From Octopus vulgaris (lineage: Eukaryota): a stretch of DNA of 64,000 nt. Shown here in pieces: positions 13,113 to 27,472 of the stretch. The stretch covers positions 3,348,001-3,412,000 of the forward strand of contig OX597824.1 of the NCBI GenBank assembly GCA_951406725.2, in the 5' to 3' direction. The translations under genes were made by a program, and so were the position numbers. How positions within the stretch are numbered: the first letter of the stretch is position 1; each line of letters starts with the position of its first letter. The notes beneath the pieces were generated by a model, which worked only from the letters and a program-made list of their open reading frames with translations, searched no databases and was not told the DNA's origin.

Positions 13113-16100
13113 GGGCAGTGCGTGGGCAGAATTATTGTATTTCTTTCGGTTCTATACGTTCTGGGTTTAAAGCCTTCCAAAGCAATCTTTGCCTTTCATG
13201 CTTGTGGGATTGATAAAATAAAGTACCAGTCGAGTACTGGCGTCGAGTTCATTAACTAAGTCCATTCCGCAAACTCCAAGTTTTGTGCCTATCGTAGAAG
13301 CACTATTTCTTACGGAAGCGACCATCAAAATACCTTACAGTATATAATTGTTGATCTTTACATTCTGAGTTCAAATTCTGCTGAAGTCAACATTCATCCT
13401 TCTAGAGTTGATTATGTATAGTAGAAATTATATGTGCAATTATATACATACATATAATATATATATATACATATAATATATCATATATATACATATAATA
13501 TATATATATATATATGTCTGTGTTTTTCGCAGTTTCCCACTCCCTTCGATGAGTTTAATGAAAAAGAAACTAATGAATTAATTTTTTTAAATGTAACTCA
13601 CTTTTCTTCACTTTCACCTTGAAATATTTGTAAGGTCTCTAGTTTCCAGTCGTCAGAAAAGATGACTCCAATAAGGTTGTCTGTTTCATCGTACTCTAAA
13701 TCAACATATTGTAAATGTCCTACATCAGTTCGCGATATCAAGAAATGGTGTAACTTTTCATCGGGACTTACGAAGGTATTGTGACTAAAAGAAATAATAG
13801 AGAATTGTAATTTGCTTTAAATATTGCAAAATCTGTGAATTATACAAATGCTTAAAACAAAAACACAAACATTTGAGCAATGAAAGTGAGAAATTATGTT
13901 AAACATATAAAGCAGTGTCAACAAATGAAAGCAAAACAAAAAAATATTGTAATACCTTAAATGGGTTATTTAATTAGCCTATAACATTTCGGAAAAGATT
14001 CACCTTTTCAAATAAAAGAAAGAAAATAATCAAAATGTCCGAAGACATGTGTTGTTACTGACAGGCCATTCTAGTGTGTAGTTACCAGATAATGTTGACC
14101 TGGATATCTAGATTTTGGTGAGAGGTTGGGGACAAAAGAAGTTGTTTTTCAAGTCCTTAAATGAATCCATTAATACTGTATTTTAGAAACAAAAATGGTT
14201 TTCGTATTCCTTGATAACTGTTATAAAATATATCGGCTTAATTAATTTGGCGAAATTAGAAAGGGGAATATACACAATGGGGATTGGTGGTGGTTAAGTA
14301 AGACATTCTGTTTTGTTTACTTTCAGCTTGTTACCTATAACAACCTGAGGAATGAAATCTCATGATTAAGTGTTGATATCTCGCTATTAAAGATGGTAAC
14401 CCACCAACGGCGTGTAACACCTCCTTATTTAATATTATATATGGAGGACTGCGTCACATCCTAAGTTACTATGATTCTTCATAAGACGTTCGTATTTCAT
14501 CATATTCAATCAGAGTGAGTTGAAACTCATTAGATGGGATCGTAAACTATGACTATAGAGAGGTCTTAAAGCATCACATGGTAGTTATATTTCATTGTAT
14601 TCGTCATAGTGCACCATGTCACGATGTATATGCTTGCCTCTTATCATAAGGAGTCATAGCTCATTATTTGGATTCACAAAGTGTCTTAGGTTGTTGTGAG
14701 ATCAATCATAACTGTTGTGTGATCAATCATAACTGTAGTATGATCAATCATAACTGTTGTGTGATCAATCATAACTGTAGTATGATCAATCATAACTGTT
14801 GTGTGATCAATCATAACTGTTGTGTGATCAATCATAACTGTTGTGTGATCAATCATAACTGTTGTGTGATCAATCATAACTGTTGTGTGATCAATCATAA
14901 CTGTAGTATGATCAATCATAACTGTTGTGTGATCATTCATAAATGCAATGTTGTACTCAACTATGTCCTATACATTTATACCAAGAGGATACTTAATAAA
15001 ACATAACTAAAAGGTATGAGTTCAAATTCACTGAGATCACTTTAATCATTAAGGGCCTACGAGGAAAAACCCATGTTTGACCCTGTGATACTAAACCACC
15101 TTCCTCATTACCATCACCGTCATCACAATCACCAGTGCCACCAAATTTATCGTCTTCATCCCCCTCTCCATTATCATCAACCCATCACCATTATTGAAAA
15201 CACCATTCCCGTTTCCATCGTCGTCATCATCATCATTGTCATCTTTATCATCATCACAATCATCATCATCACTATCATTGTCATCATCGTCATCACCACC
15301 ACCACCACCACCAGTCTTGGATTTATTGACAACTTGATTTGAAGGTAGAAGGAAATGCTTAATTAGTTATTTTAATTAATGAAAACTTAGGTAATCGATG
15401 TTTCATTATGCGATATAATCAAGGTGTTTTATTGCTACTTAATCTTATTAACGAACACTTAATCCCGCCAACCGTTTATACAAGCTCATCAGAAACTTGT
15501 TTTGGGATGAGATAATCTATCAAATTAAATGCATTTAGTTTGATAGATTATCCCAGTATGACTTCAGAAATCTAGCCATCTTCTATATTTCGATCTTACC
15601 AAATATATTCTGATAGTCAGAAGCCTAAACACCTAATTAGGGACATTGTTGAATAATTAATCTGAATATTGAATAGGGACCTGAGTATGACATTAAAATG
15701 CGTCCAGTTGTGAGGCCACAATTCAGGAATTCCAAAGTTCTTTGAGGAGTGTGGAACCTTCTCTTATTTACTGTTGTTCCCTGGTCTACTCTAACCCGGA
15801 GTAATAGCACCTGTCAGGGTCCAAGCTATGGGGGGAAACAGCATGTAACCACCTGAGCCTGGGTACATTGAAATCACGGGATGCAGTATGGTGGATGCGA
15901 ATTATTTCGTCAAGATAAATTTATTGAATCAATAGTGAATATCACTGGATGTTCAGTGAGTGAACAGACAATAGTCAACGGCCATGATCAACCTGTTCAA
16001 TTAGCGAACTCCTGGCGTGTGTTTATCAGATATTTCAGCTAGCGAAACACCAATCGAACTAAAAGCCAAGCCAGGATCTCATACTGCATCCCTAGATCGG

Positions 16101-16395
16101 GACTTTTGGCAGGGAGGAGTTGCATTGGTTTGGGCAAGTTACCTGACAAGATGATCATCGTTATCATTATAATTATTATGATAATTAGGATTGAACAATA
16201 AACCATTGGAAGGGTCCAGTCAAATACCTGATTCGTGACACCAAATAACACTGTTTGTTTGAAAAACAAGGCTCAAAGCATCTTTGGCGCATAATTTTTA
16301 GGGTGAAAACATCGAAACAGTTTAAATTATAACCCAAATCCTTTTGATTTGTTTTTTCAGCGGACTAATTAAACTATCTTATCTTACTATTCTTC

Positions 16396-16426
<31 letters not shown>

Positions 16427-16437
16427 CATTATTATTA

Positions 16438-16477
<40 letters not shown>

Positions 16478-16480
16478 CAT

Positions 16481-16531
<51 letters not shown>

Positions 16532-17274
16532 TGCCTTTGCACAGCTTCTAATGCTGGATTTGTACTGCTGTTCACTACCAATGAACTAAGGTAACACCTC
16601 TTATTTTTGGAGCACCTTCCAGAGTATTCGCACGATTCCAAGCAGTGCTGTTTTCTGCAAGTGCTCCACCCTTATTTGCAGCCCCTATTTGTTCCACTTA
16701 CTTCTCGAGATTTTTGCTCACTTTTCCCAGGTCTCCGACAATTATTGGTACTACTGCTACCTTTTTCATCGACCACGACTGCTTAACTTCCCAAGCTAAC
16801 CTGTCATATCTCTCAACTTTTCTTTCTTCCTTGTCGCATACCTTGTTGTCAGCTGAGCATGCTATATCTATGATCCAGCATAGTTTGTTTTCTTTCTCAA
16901 TTAATGCTGTCTGGTTTATTATTATTATTATTATTATTATCATTATTATTACATTTTTTTTCTTCTTTCAAATTTGCTTCCATTTCTTGCCGAGTGTCTT
17001 CCCGACTCCTAGGGCAAAGAAACTCATAGTATACATTGGTAGGCCATTAAACCAAACTCAATAGTTCGTTCATTTTTTTTTTTTTTTTAAGTTAAATTAA
17101 AATACATGAGCAGCAACAGTTCTCACATCGACAATGCTCTTCTCAATACGTGTGATGTACCAGTTAAGACAATCTTTTGCACTTCTTGCAGGGATGGTAA
17201 GCCAGGGATCATTCTCATATAATTTTCGGTTCCCTTCTTGATCATTCCTAGTGCTCCTACGATCACTGGTATTG

Positions 17275-17341
<67 letters not shown>

Positions 17342-17342
17342 C

Positions 17343-17399
<57 letters not shown>

Positions 17400-17418
17400 G
17401 TCATTATCATTATTATTA

Positions 17419-17465
<47 letters not shown>

Positions 17466-18472
17466 GTTATTATCATGTCATGCCGTTCCTACTACAGTTC
17501 AGTGGTCGTGAAGCTCCACTCTGTTCTATCTCCCCCCCCCCCCCGTGCAACTGAGCAATTTACTGGTTTCTTCTTTCTATCACTCTCAACAGTAAGACCA
17601 TCCAGTGTCTCTGTCTTCTATGGCTTCTTCTTCTTCTTCTTCTTCCTCTTCACAGTTTCCCCATTTGTCAACTCTGTTTACGAAATCTCTTGAATGAATT
17701 TACAGGCACAGAATTTTCAACCTGTGAGCAAATGTTCCTTTTACATGTTTGGAACTCGGCAAATGTTTGTCTGCAGAAATAAATGCGAAAGAAATCGATA
17801 ATTACTCTGTCATTTCCAGGCGTTCAGAAGTTCCATTTGTTCCGGTCAATGTTACGAAGATTCGACCATTGATTGTGCTTTTCCCAACTATAATCATTTG
17901 ATAATGGTAAGCTGAAGTAATCAGAAGACATACAGATTAGACACAAAGCAAAGAAACGCAAAATACGATGAAATACACATTACATTGACATTTAAATGCA
18001 GTCTCTAACTGAAAGGCGATGAGAGGCCATTACCGGATTTTACCTGTTGGCGCCTCACCACCGTCATTGTCACCATCACTTGTTCCACTTGTGAGGTGAC
18101 TCTGATGGGTGAAAACTGTGCGAAAGCTATTGTACTGTGTGTGCACACACCATATAAAGATATATGCATGTGTGTGTGTAGAGGTGCAATGGCCCAGTTG
18201 TTAGGGCAGTGGACTCGCAGTTGTAGGATCGCAGTTTCGATTCCCAGACCGGGCGTTGTGTGTGTTTCTTGAGCGAAAACACCTAAAAGCTCCACGAGGC
18301 TCCGACAGGGGTTGGTGGTGATCCCTGCTGTAGCCTTTCGCCACAACTTTCTCTCATTCTTTCCTCTGTTGGCTTGCTCGCTTAGCCATCGGGGTGGCGT
18401 CTTTTGAAGGCTAAAACAGTGTGAAGCGCATTGTAGCAACATCTGATAGCCTGGTCGGTCACAGTGATCATG

Positions 18473-18518
<46 letters not shown>

Positions 18519-19002
18519 GTATTGTGTGTGTGTATGGCGTATATATATATATATATATACACACACACATATGTATGCGTATATAAGTGCGTAAATATAT
18601 ATGTATATGTGTATATATGGGTGTGTGCATGTATACGTGTGTGTGGGTATGTGTGCGTGCATGCGCGCATGCGATGGCAAGTGGCCTAATGGTTAGGATG
18701 TTGCTCTCACGATCTCAAGGTCGTGGTCTCGATTCCCAGATCGTTGGTGCGTTGTGTTCTTGAAGGTAACACTTCCTTTCACATCGCTTCAGTCCATCCA
18801 ACTAAAAATGAGTCCATCTGCGACAGACTGATGTCAAGTTCGGGGAGAATGTCGGCTTGTCAGTCGGACAACAAGTGCATTTGGTATCATCTAAATGCTA
18901 CAACAATACGAGGAAGCGCAGTGTGAGCAGCGGTGTATGACAACATCTGATAGTTTGGTTGATTGATTGATACGGTAGATATATAAATAGATAGATAGAT
19001 AT

Positions 19003-19083
<81 letters not shown>

Positions 19084-21018
19084 TAATGATGTAGCTATTT
19101 ATATATGAAAATAAGCCACAGGATATCAATTTGTAATGCAGTACGACCATTTCAAGCGACCCCATTTAATTTAACAATGCAATCATGACATCAATTTAAA
19201 TGCAGTGCTATCTTCAGCTGCACAAAATATAGAATTTTTTTAACAAGGAGGGCACAATAATATAATATTAATATTTATATAAGCATATAGTTTAAGAAGT
19301 ATTATGGTATACAATATAATTGGGGCATAATGTAATAATGATAAAATAACCACATTTTTTAAACTGATTGAAAGATATTAATATAATCATAATTGAAGTC
19401 AGTCAGAACTTACCACAATAGGGTTGAGCGTCAAAGGTTTGCAGCATATGTTTACCGCGACCTAATACTTTGTCAGCATGGAAACCCAAACGTCCCAACT
19501 GGCCATGTTTATGGAAACATTTGCCAGATTTGATATCATGTACATCAGAACAGCTGTAGCTGTTAAACGGACAGACGCTGTTTATCGATTCAGTGAAGAG
19601 AGCTTCGGATCTTTTGTGACTGCACATAAATGCAGCCTTTGCACCTGAAAAAGGTAAAGGATTTCGTTTCGCTAAACGTTTAAACACTTTTAAATATCGA
19701 AAGAAATGAAATTGTAAGAGTTTTGTAATTTCGTTTCGCCTACAAATCATCATCATCATCATCATCATCATCGTTTAACGTCCGTTTTCCATGCTAGCAT
19801 GGGTTGGACGGTTCGACGGGGTCTTGGAAGCCAGGAGGCTGCACCAGGCACCAGTATGATCTGGCAGTGTTTCTACAGCTGGATGCCCTTCCTAACGCCA
19901 GCCACTCCATGAGTGTAGTGGGTGCTTTTTACGTACCACCGGCACAGGTGCCAGGTGAGGCTGGCAACGGCCACGATCGGTTGGTGCTTTTTACGTGCCA
20001 CCGGCATGGAGGCCAGTCGAGGAGGCACTGGCAACGGCCACGTTCGGATGGTGCTTTTTACGTGCCACCGGCATGGAGGCCAGTCGAGGAGGCACTGGCA
20101 ACGGCCACGTTCGGATGGTACTTTTTACGTATCACCGGTACTGGTATCACAACTACAATTTCCATTGATTTTTTTATCAATTTCGATTTCGCTTGTCTCA
20201 ACAGGTCTTCGCAAGCAGAATTTTGTGTCCCAAGAAGGAAAGGTATGCATAAGTGGACTGGCTACATCCCAGGTAAAATATATATCTCTGAACAGATAAT
20301 CTAACATATTTCAGGAATTAATTCCAAGTAACTCTGTATAATATTCATATTATACAATACATACCATGTAATGTAACATTCACACATATTTATACAGGGT
20401 GTTCGGGATAAATTTGACGGCTCATTTTGCATTTCCCTTTTTGCAGGAACAGCTCGGAGTTGCACGCCGGAATTCATCTCTCCACCTTTGAACAGGGTCT
20501 TGGACTCAATTCAAACGGTTATGTGAAGCTGCTGGAGACTGGTCAAAGCCTGGCTTGAGAGGATTGCTGCTAGAAGGTCATGTGTGGCAGAAGGATTCAG
20601 CTCCTTGCTATGCCTCCGGAAAGAGTCAAAAATGGCTGCTGGGAAATTTCTACGACTTCACCGGCCTCAATTTTTGGCCTCCAAACTTATCCGATTTTAA
20701 TCCGATTGATTACTATATGTGGAGCACGGCTGAGAAATACATCAACCGCTCCACTAGCGACACTGAGGCCGAGCTGGTGGTGAAGATGAAGGAGGAGCTC
20801 CAAGATCTTTCCTGGATGGAGCGAGGAAAGCATGAGCCAGGTCCCGGAGCCGTCTTCAGGACGTAGTAGAAGCTGAGCAAGGCCCTTTTCAATAAACTAT
20901 TATCCCTCGACCCCAATCTAATTGCTATTTTTTAATTGTTTATTTTGGGATAGGAAATTGTTTTTTTTCTTTCTTTTTATGCAAACTGTCAAATTCATCC
21001 TGAACACCCAGAGTATGT

Positions 21019-21108
<90 letters not shown>

Positions 21109-21381
21109 AAATGGATAAATGAATTATCTTGTTACGGATTATTCAAAAGATAACTGATACCTGGGTAGCAAAAATCACAACAGAAAAATCACGGTTGAGG
21201 TGACGACCATGGGGTCTCAAACCCATGCCTTAATGCGAAAATTTGAAGTTTATATATTTAGTGTAGGAAGAAATGGTGCTGAACGAAGATTTAACAAAAT
21301 TCCTTTTTATTATTATTATATGTAGAAAATAATAAAAAGGAATTATGTTAAATCTTCGTTCAGCTCCATTTCTTCCTACAC

Positions 21382-21430
<49 letters not shown>

Positions 21431-22349
21431 TATTTATTTAGTTATTTATATTTATACATATGATTCTGATAAGGAAGTAATCTTTTATTCTCAAACGCAG
21501 GATAATGCTAATAATATAGGCATGAAAAGAATAAGCTATCTATATTTTGCAGAAAAATTGGTCAGTGAGAATAAAATTACTTCCTTACCATTCGATACAT
21601 CTCAACACATCTCAAGCAAACTTTGTTTACTTTCATCGTAAAGTTGAATTTTAAAAACATTTTATATATATATAAACACACACACACACACACATTAATG
21701 TATCTTAACTCCATAACTGATATTAATTTATCTTTTTATCTCTTCTTGTGTCATTTTACCCCTTCCTCGCGCCACAATGTACACAAACATTGCACATTGC
21801 TTAGTGTTGAACAAGAGTTATTTTAGCCATAAAATTTTCTTGAGGTTTTAATATTTTCGTCGCATACCTGCGACCTGGTCGCTGACGCAGTCCCACGCAA
21901 TGCTGGATCTGTGTTAAAAGCCAGATTACAGAAGTGCAATGAAAATTTTGCCAGCTTAAGGAATAAATGGCAAGTTTAATTTAACAGCGCTTGTCTTTTT
22001 AGGTGGTTAAACCAATTCTTCTGTAACATTGCTTCAGCTTTAACACACTCCTCTAAGATGAAGTCATTTGATACAATAAATCAACTCTGGAATTAAACTC
22101 TAGCTTGATGAAAATAAAATGTTGCCTCACTGAGTCATTAATATAATGTCAGTCAGCAGAACCCAGGGTCAGCAGTTTGCAGACAATCAATAGAACTTTG
22201 GTGTGTTAATAGATTGTTCTGATCTAGGGATGGACACCTGTTGACTCAGTACACTTAGTTATAAATATATATATATACATACATACACACACACAAATAC
22301 ATATGTATATTTATATCTATATATATATATGTACGTGTATATATATTTA

Positions 22350-22445
<96 letters not shown>

Positions 22446-25156
22446 CATGTATGTATACGCATATATATATATATGTATATACAGAGTGGACCACAAAATC
22501 CTGCTGAAGAAACTATGCAAATTGGAGTCCACGGAAAGCTGCTGCAGTGGATAAAGTGTTTCCTGGGGAACAGAACCCAACATGTTGTGTTTGAGGGAAT
22601 ACGATCCAGCTCAGCCAAAGTCAGTACTGGTGTCCCACAAGGTGCTGTGTTGGGCCCGTTCCTCTTCATTATCTACATCAAAGACATTGCAGACGTCATC
22701 AAGCATTCTACATTGAAAATCTTTGCAGATGATCCCAAACTCCAGAAAGCCATAAACGGTATTGGAGACCGAACATGCCTTCAGTCAGATCCGTTTGCTA
22801 CTGTCCAATGGGCGGGAAATAACAATATGCTTTTAAATGAAATTAAAAAGTTTGATTTGATCCACTTTGGAAAAGAGGATACTCTAAAAGTATCATCCAA
22901 CAACACCCAGAGACTTTGGAGTAATTGTTGATAACAATCTAAGCTGGAGTTTCCACGTAAACAGCAAGGTTGACTTGGCCCGCAAGATGTGCTCCTGGAT
23001 TCTGAGAACTTTCCGGTCTAGAGATGCCTACACCATCATCCTTCTCTACTCTACTTTTGCCCGACCCATCCTTGAATACTGTTGCCCACTGTGGTCTTCT
23101 TGCACGAAGCAACTCATTATGAAAGGGAAGCACTCCAGAGGTCAACAGCAAAAAAGATAGACGGCATGAGAGGCATTGACTATTGGGGTCGACGGAAATA
23201 AATCTCAATCTCTATTCTCTTTAACGCCGCCAGGAACGCTGCTACAACCACTACAACCATTACTACCAACAATGCCTATTAACGTCACTGCCACCACTAC
23301 AACACCACCACCACTCCAAACCTGCCACTAACCACATCACTACCACAACCATCGCTTACAACTACCAACACTACCATCAACACGCTGTTAACATTACAAC
23401 CATCCCCAACGCCAACACCAGTAACATCACCACTACTACTTCAAACCATCATCACTACCGCTACCACAACACCACAACCTCATACCACTATTAATAACAC
23501 CACCACTACAATAACCATCACTTGCAACAACGACCACTCAACCATGAATAACAGTGTTGTGTTATTGGTCGCTTACCGGGTTTCAGTTTATTGAGTAACC
23601 CAATAATACCACCAACAATTGAACCCGGTATTTTATATTCTGTACATCCAGGTTGATACCTTCCACCATTGGGATAGAAATCAACATGGCCACTTTGGCC
23701 GTTTATGCCAAGACCTAGACCCAATATGTAACCAATATCAGTGTGTATGACGTCAACAAATTCAGCATCGGTTGGGTCAAGACGAACCTTGGGTCCAGTG
23801 TGTTCAAAGTAAGGTGCCGAAGGATCCAAACCTTTTAGAATGATAAAAGAAAACCCACGAATTAGAACCAAAAGTAAAAAGAAATATATAAGGTGACGAA
23901 ATACAATAAACAGATTGACATATAACTGACATATTCCAATACTTTTCTCTACAGTTTCTAAGCTTCAGCATTATAACCATGAAAATTGTCTTTTTTAAGA
24001 TTTAGGCCCGAGAGTACAAGTGACGGGATTATCTGGAAATGATAATGTCTCCGAACTATCCCGTCAGTTCACTTTTCCATCACCCGGTTCAAAGGTGGCC
24101 GAATTTTAACCGACCTCAACAGAGACAGTGGGGCAGACCTGAAGCACACTCCGATTTCTATTGTTTAATCAGAAAACACTGGCTATACGCACGACAAACA
24201 ACAGCTAACCTGCAATTGATAACGATATCGTATATCCCCTATATGTTTAGAAGCTGAGGTATCCAATTTATAACGATATCACAAATCCCCTACATGTTCA
24301 GCATGTGAGGTATCACCACCTGTTGCATTATGCTGTCACATCGACTCCGAAGAGGCACAGAACGATAAATGAAGTCGTTCGGACATACATAATTCAGATT
24401 TCCAATGTATTTAAATATGAAGGTGTGAGAAGCATCACAGGACTTAACAACGCAAGAATCCAAGAAAAACTAATGAAGATGTTCTGTTTTGGTAAAAATC
24501 GTTTTAATAAATTTCCCAAAATGGAATATGGTTGAGTGCCAGAGGGAAAGAGTGAAACGCTAACATGATGTAGGTAAATTCAGTGATTGTTCCCTAATCC
24601 TGAAATGTGTGGCATCAGATATAAAATTTATATTCTGGTTTTAAAACTCTTCTATGTCAATTTTGACGTTCATCTGTCATGTTCTTTAATTCTTTGATTC
24701 CCTCAATGAACCGCGGCCGTGCTGGGGCACCGCTTTGAGGTTCTTAGTTGAACAAAACAAACCCGGCACATATTTTAAGTCTGGTATTTATTCTATCGTT
24801 TTGAAGAATTGTTAAGTTATGAGGATGTAAACCGGCTGAAACTGGTCGTCATGTAATGAGGAAGAAAACACAAAGAAGCCCACACATTACGAACACATAG
24901 GATGGGCTTCGACAGACTTTGGCCACCATGTTCCTTTTAATATGCATTTAATTAGATATTTGCTGTTATAGTAGTTGCTGTTTGGTCCTACTGTCAGCTA
25001 TGCTTGAGTGAACCCATGATCAAAAATGCTACACGTTGTTCACCAATATGTGAATATGCTGCTGCTATAGCAAAATCTAGATCATTTTCGATACATTCTC
25101 TTATTCCCTTATCTAGAAAATACATCGAAAGCTAGGCTCTGTGGTTAAGACAATTT

Positions 25157-25224
<68 letters not shown>

Positions 25225-25465
25225 GTTAATCCATAAATATATAGTTAATCCAAACATGAAAACACAAAGAGAAAACACAACACGAGGACGTGGAACAAGT
25301 ATAGTGTTATTGGACGCTTAGGAAAGGAAAGAAAGAAGGAGAATTTAACGTTTCGAGCGGAGTTCTTCGTCAGAAACATAGGAAAAGGAAAGATCCAAGG
25401 AAGGGAAGACGGAGGAAAAAAAATCGCCAATGGTACACACGCGGTTACATTTTGAATGATATATA

Positions 25466-25529
<64 letters not shown>

Positions 25530-26595
25530 TATATATATATATATATATGCATATATATGCATATATATATCAGCACGAAAACTTCTCAGCAAACACCTCC
25601 AGTTTAACAAGTGATTTACAAACACAAAAAACACTCTAAAGGAGTCCTTACCAGAAATTCTTGCCAAATTAGTCAGCCGTTCTCCAGCGTAACCAGCAAT
25701 TTGAGCGCCAAGACTGTGTCCAATCAGATGCATTGTCTGTGGAGTGCTTGCCGTTTGATTGTTAAGGTAGTTAATTAAAAGTGCAATCTGCGCTCCGACG
25801 ACGCGGCAGTTGGATGCTGCACGGGCGTATGTTACATCAGATCCATTCATCCAGTCGACCACAATAACATTGTAATCGCCCTAGAATTAGAAAGAATAAC
25901 AGCGAAGAGTAAAAGTAAATTAGCAGACTTGGAATGGTTCTTGACCTCTGATTCATAAATGGTGATTGCAGTTCCACTGCATAGTTTCCCATTATTCGCC
26001 TCGGTTCGTTTAGACATTCATGGAATCAATCATATCGTGCAGAAGACCTTACTTTTGTAGATTTTGTTTGTTTTTCTTGGGCAGAACCGATTTCTCTTTG
26101 ATTTGTTCGCAACACAAAGTCTGAAAATAAGTAATTCTCCTTGAAATGTCCCCGGGGGGTGGGGGTAGTCGTTTAAGTTTACATAAATGAAAGATATCCT
26201 CAACGGCAAAGCTAACTTGCACAAACACACATATCCTTTCTAAATTTTATACATAAAAAACATATGTACATTCATACGTATGTACATCCATCAATTTACA
26301 CATACATCCATACATACGTACATACTTACATACATACATACTTATTTACATACATTCACACATACATACATACATACATACATACATACATACATACATA
26401 CATACATACAGACACACATACACAGACACGCACATATATACATACATATATACACACACATAATACATACATACACAGACATACATACATACATACATAC
26501 ATACACACATACATACACACATACATAGACCCACTCATACATATATACACACACATAAATACAGACAGACAGACAGGCAGACAGACATACAATAT

Positions 26596-26626
<31 letters not shown>

Positions 26627-26639
26627 CATACGTACATAC

Positions 26640-26690
<51 letters not shown>

Positions 26691-26786
26691 CATACATACA
26701 TACACACACACATACATACATACATACATACACACACACACATACATACATACATACATACATACATACATACATACATACATACA

Positions 26787-26820
<34 letters not shown>

Positions 26821-26951
26821 CATACATACATACAATACATACATACATACACACACACACATACATACATACATACATACATACATACATACACACACAC
26901 ACATACCTACATACATACATACATACATACATACATACACACATACATACA

Positions 26952-26985
<34 letters not shown>

Positions 26986-27019
26986 CATACATACATACAT
27001 ATATACATACATACATACA

Positions 27020-27050
<31 letters not shown>

Positions 27051-27051
27051 T

Positions 27052-27086
<35 letters not shown>

Positions 27087-27170
27087 TACATACATACATA
27101 CATATATACATACATACATACATACATACATACATACATACATACATACATACATACATACATACATACA

Positions 27171-27204
<34 letters not shown>

Positions 27205-27310
27205 CATACATACATACATACATACATACATACATACATACATACATACATACATACATACATACATACATACATACACACATACATACATACATACATA
27301 CATACATACA

Positions 27311-27372
<62 letters not shown>

Positions 27373-27438
27373 CATACATACATACATACATACATACATA
27401 CATACATACATACATACATACACACATACATACATACA

Positions 27439-27472
<34 letters not shown>

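Noticed and set aside
14668-15006. Cys-rich (INHNCCV)n ORF or CRISPR-like array
   Set aside because: Head-to-tail 21-bp minisatellite with no spacers, inside an intron.
18181-18255. tRNA gene-like sequence
   Set aside because: It has A/B boxes but continues into a dispersed SINE body, with no proper acceptor stem.
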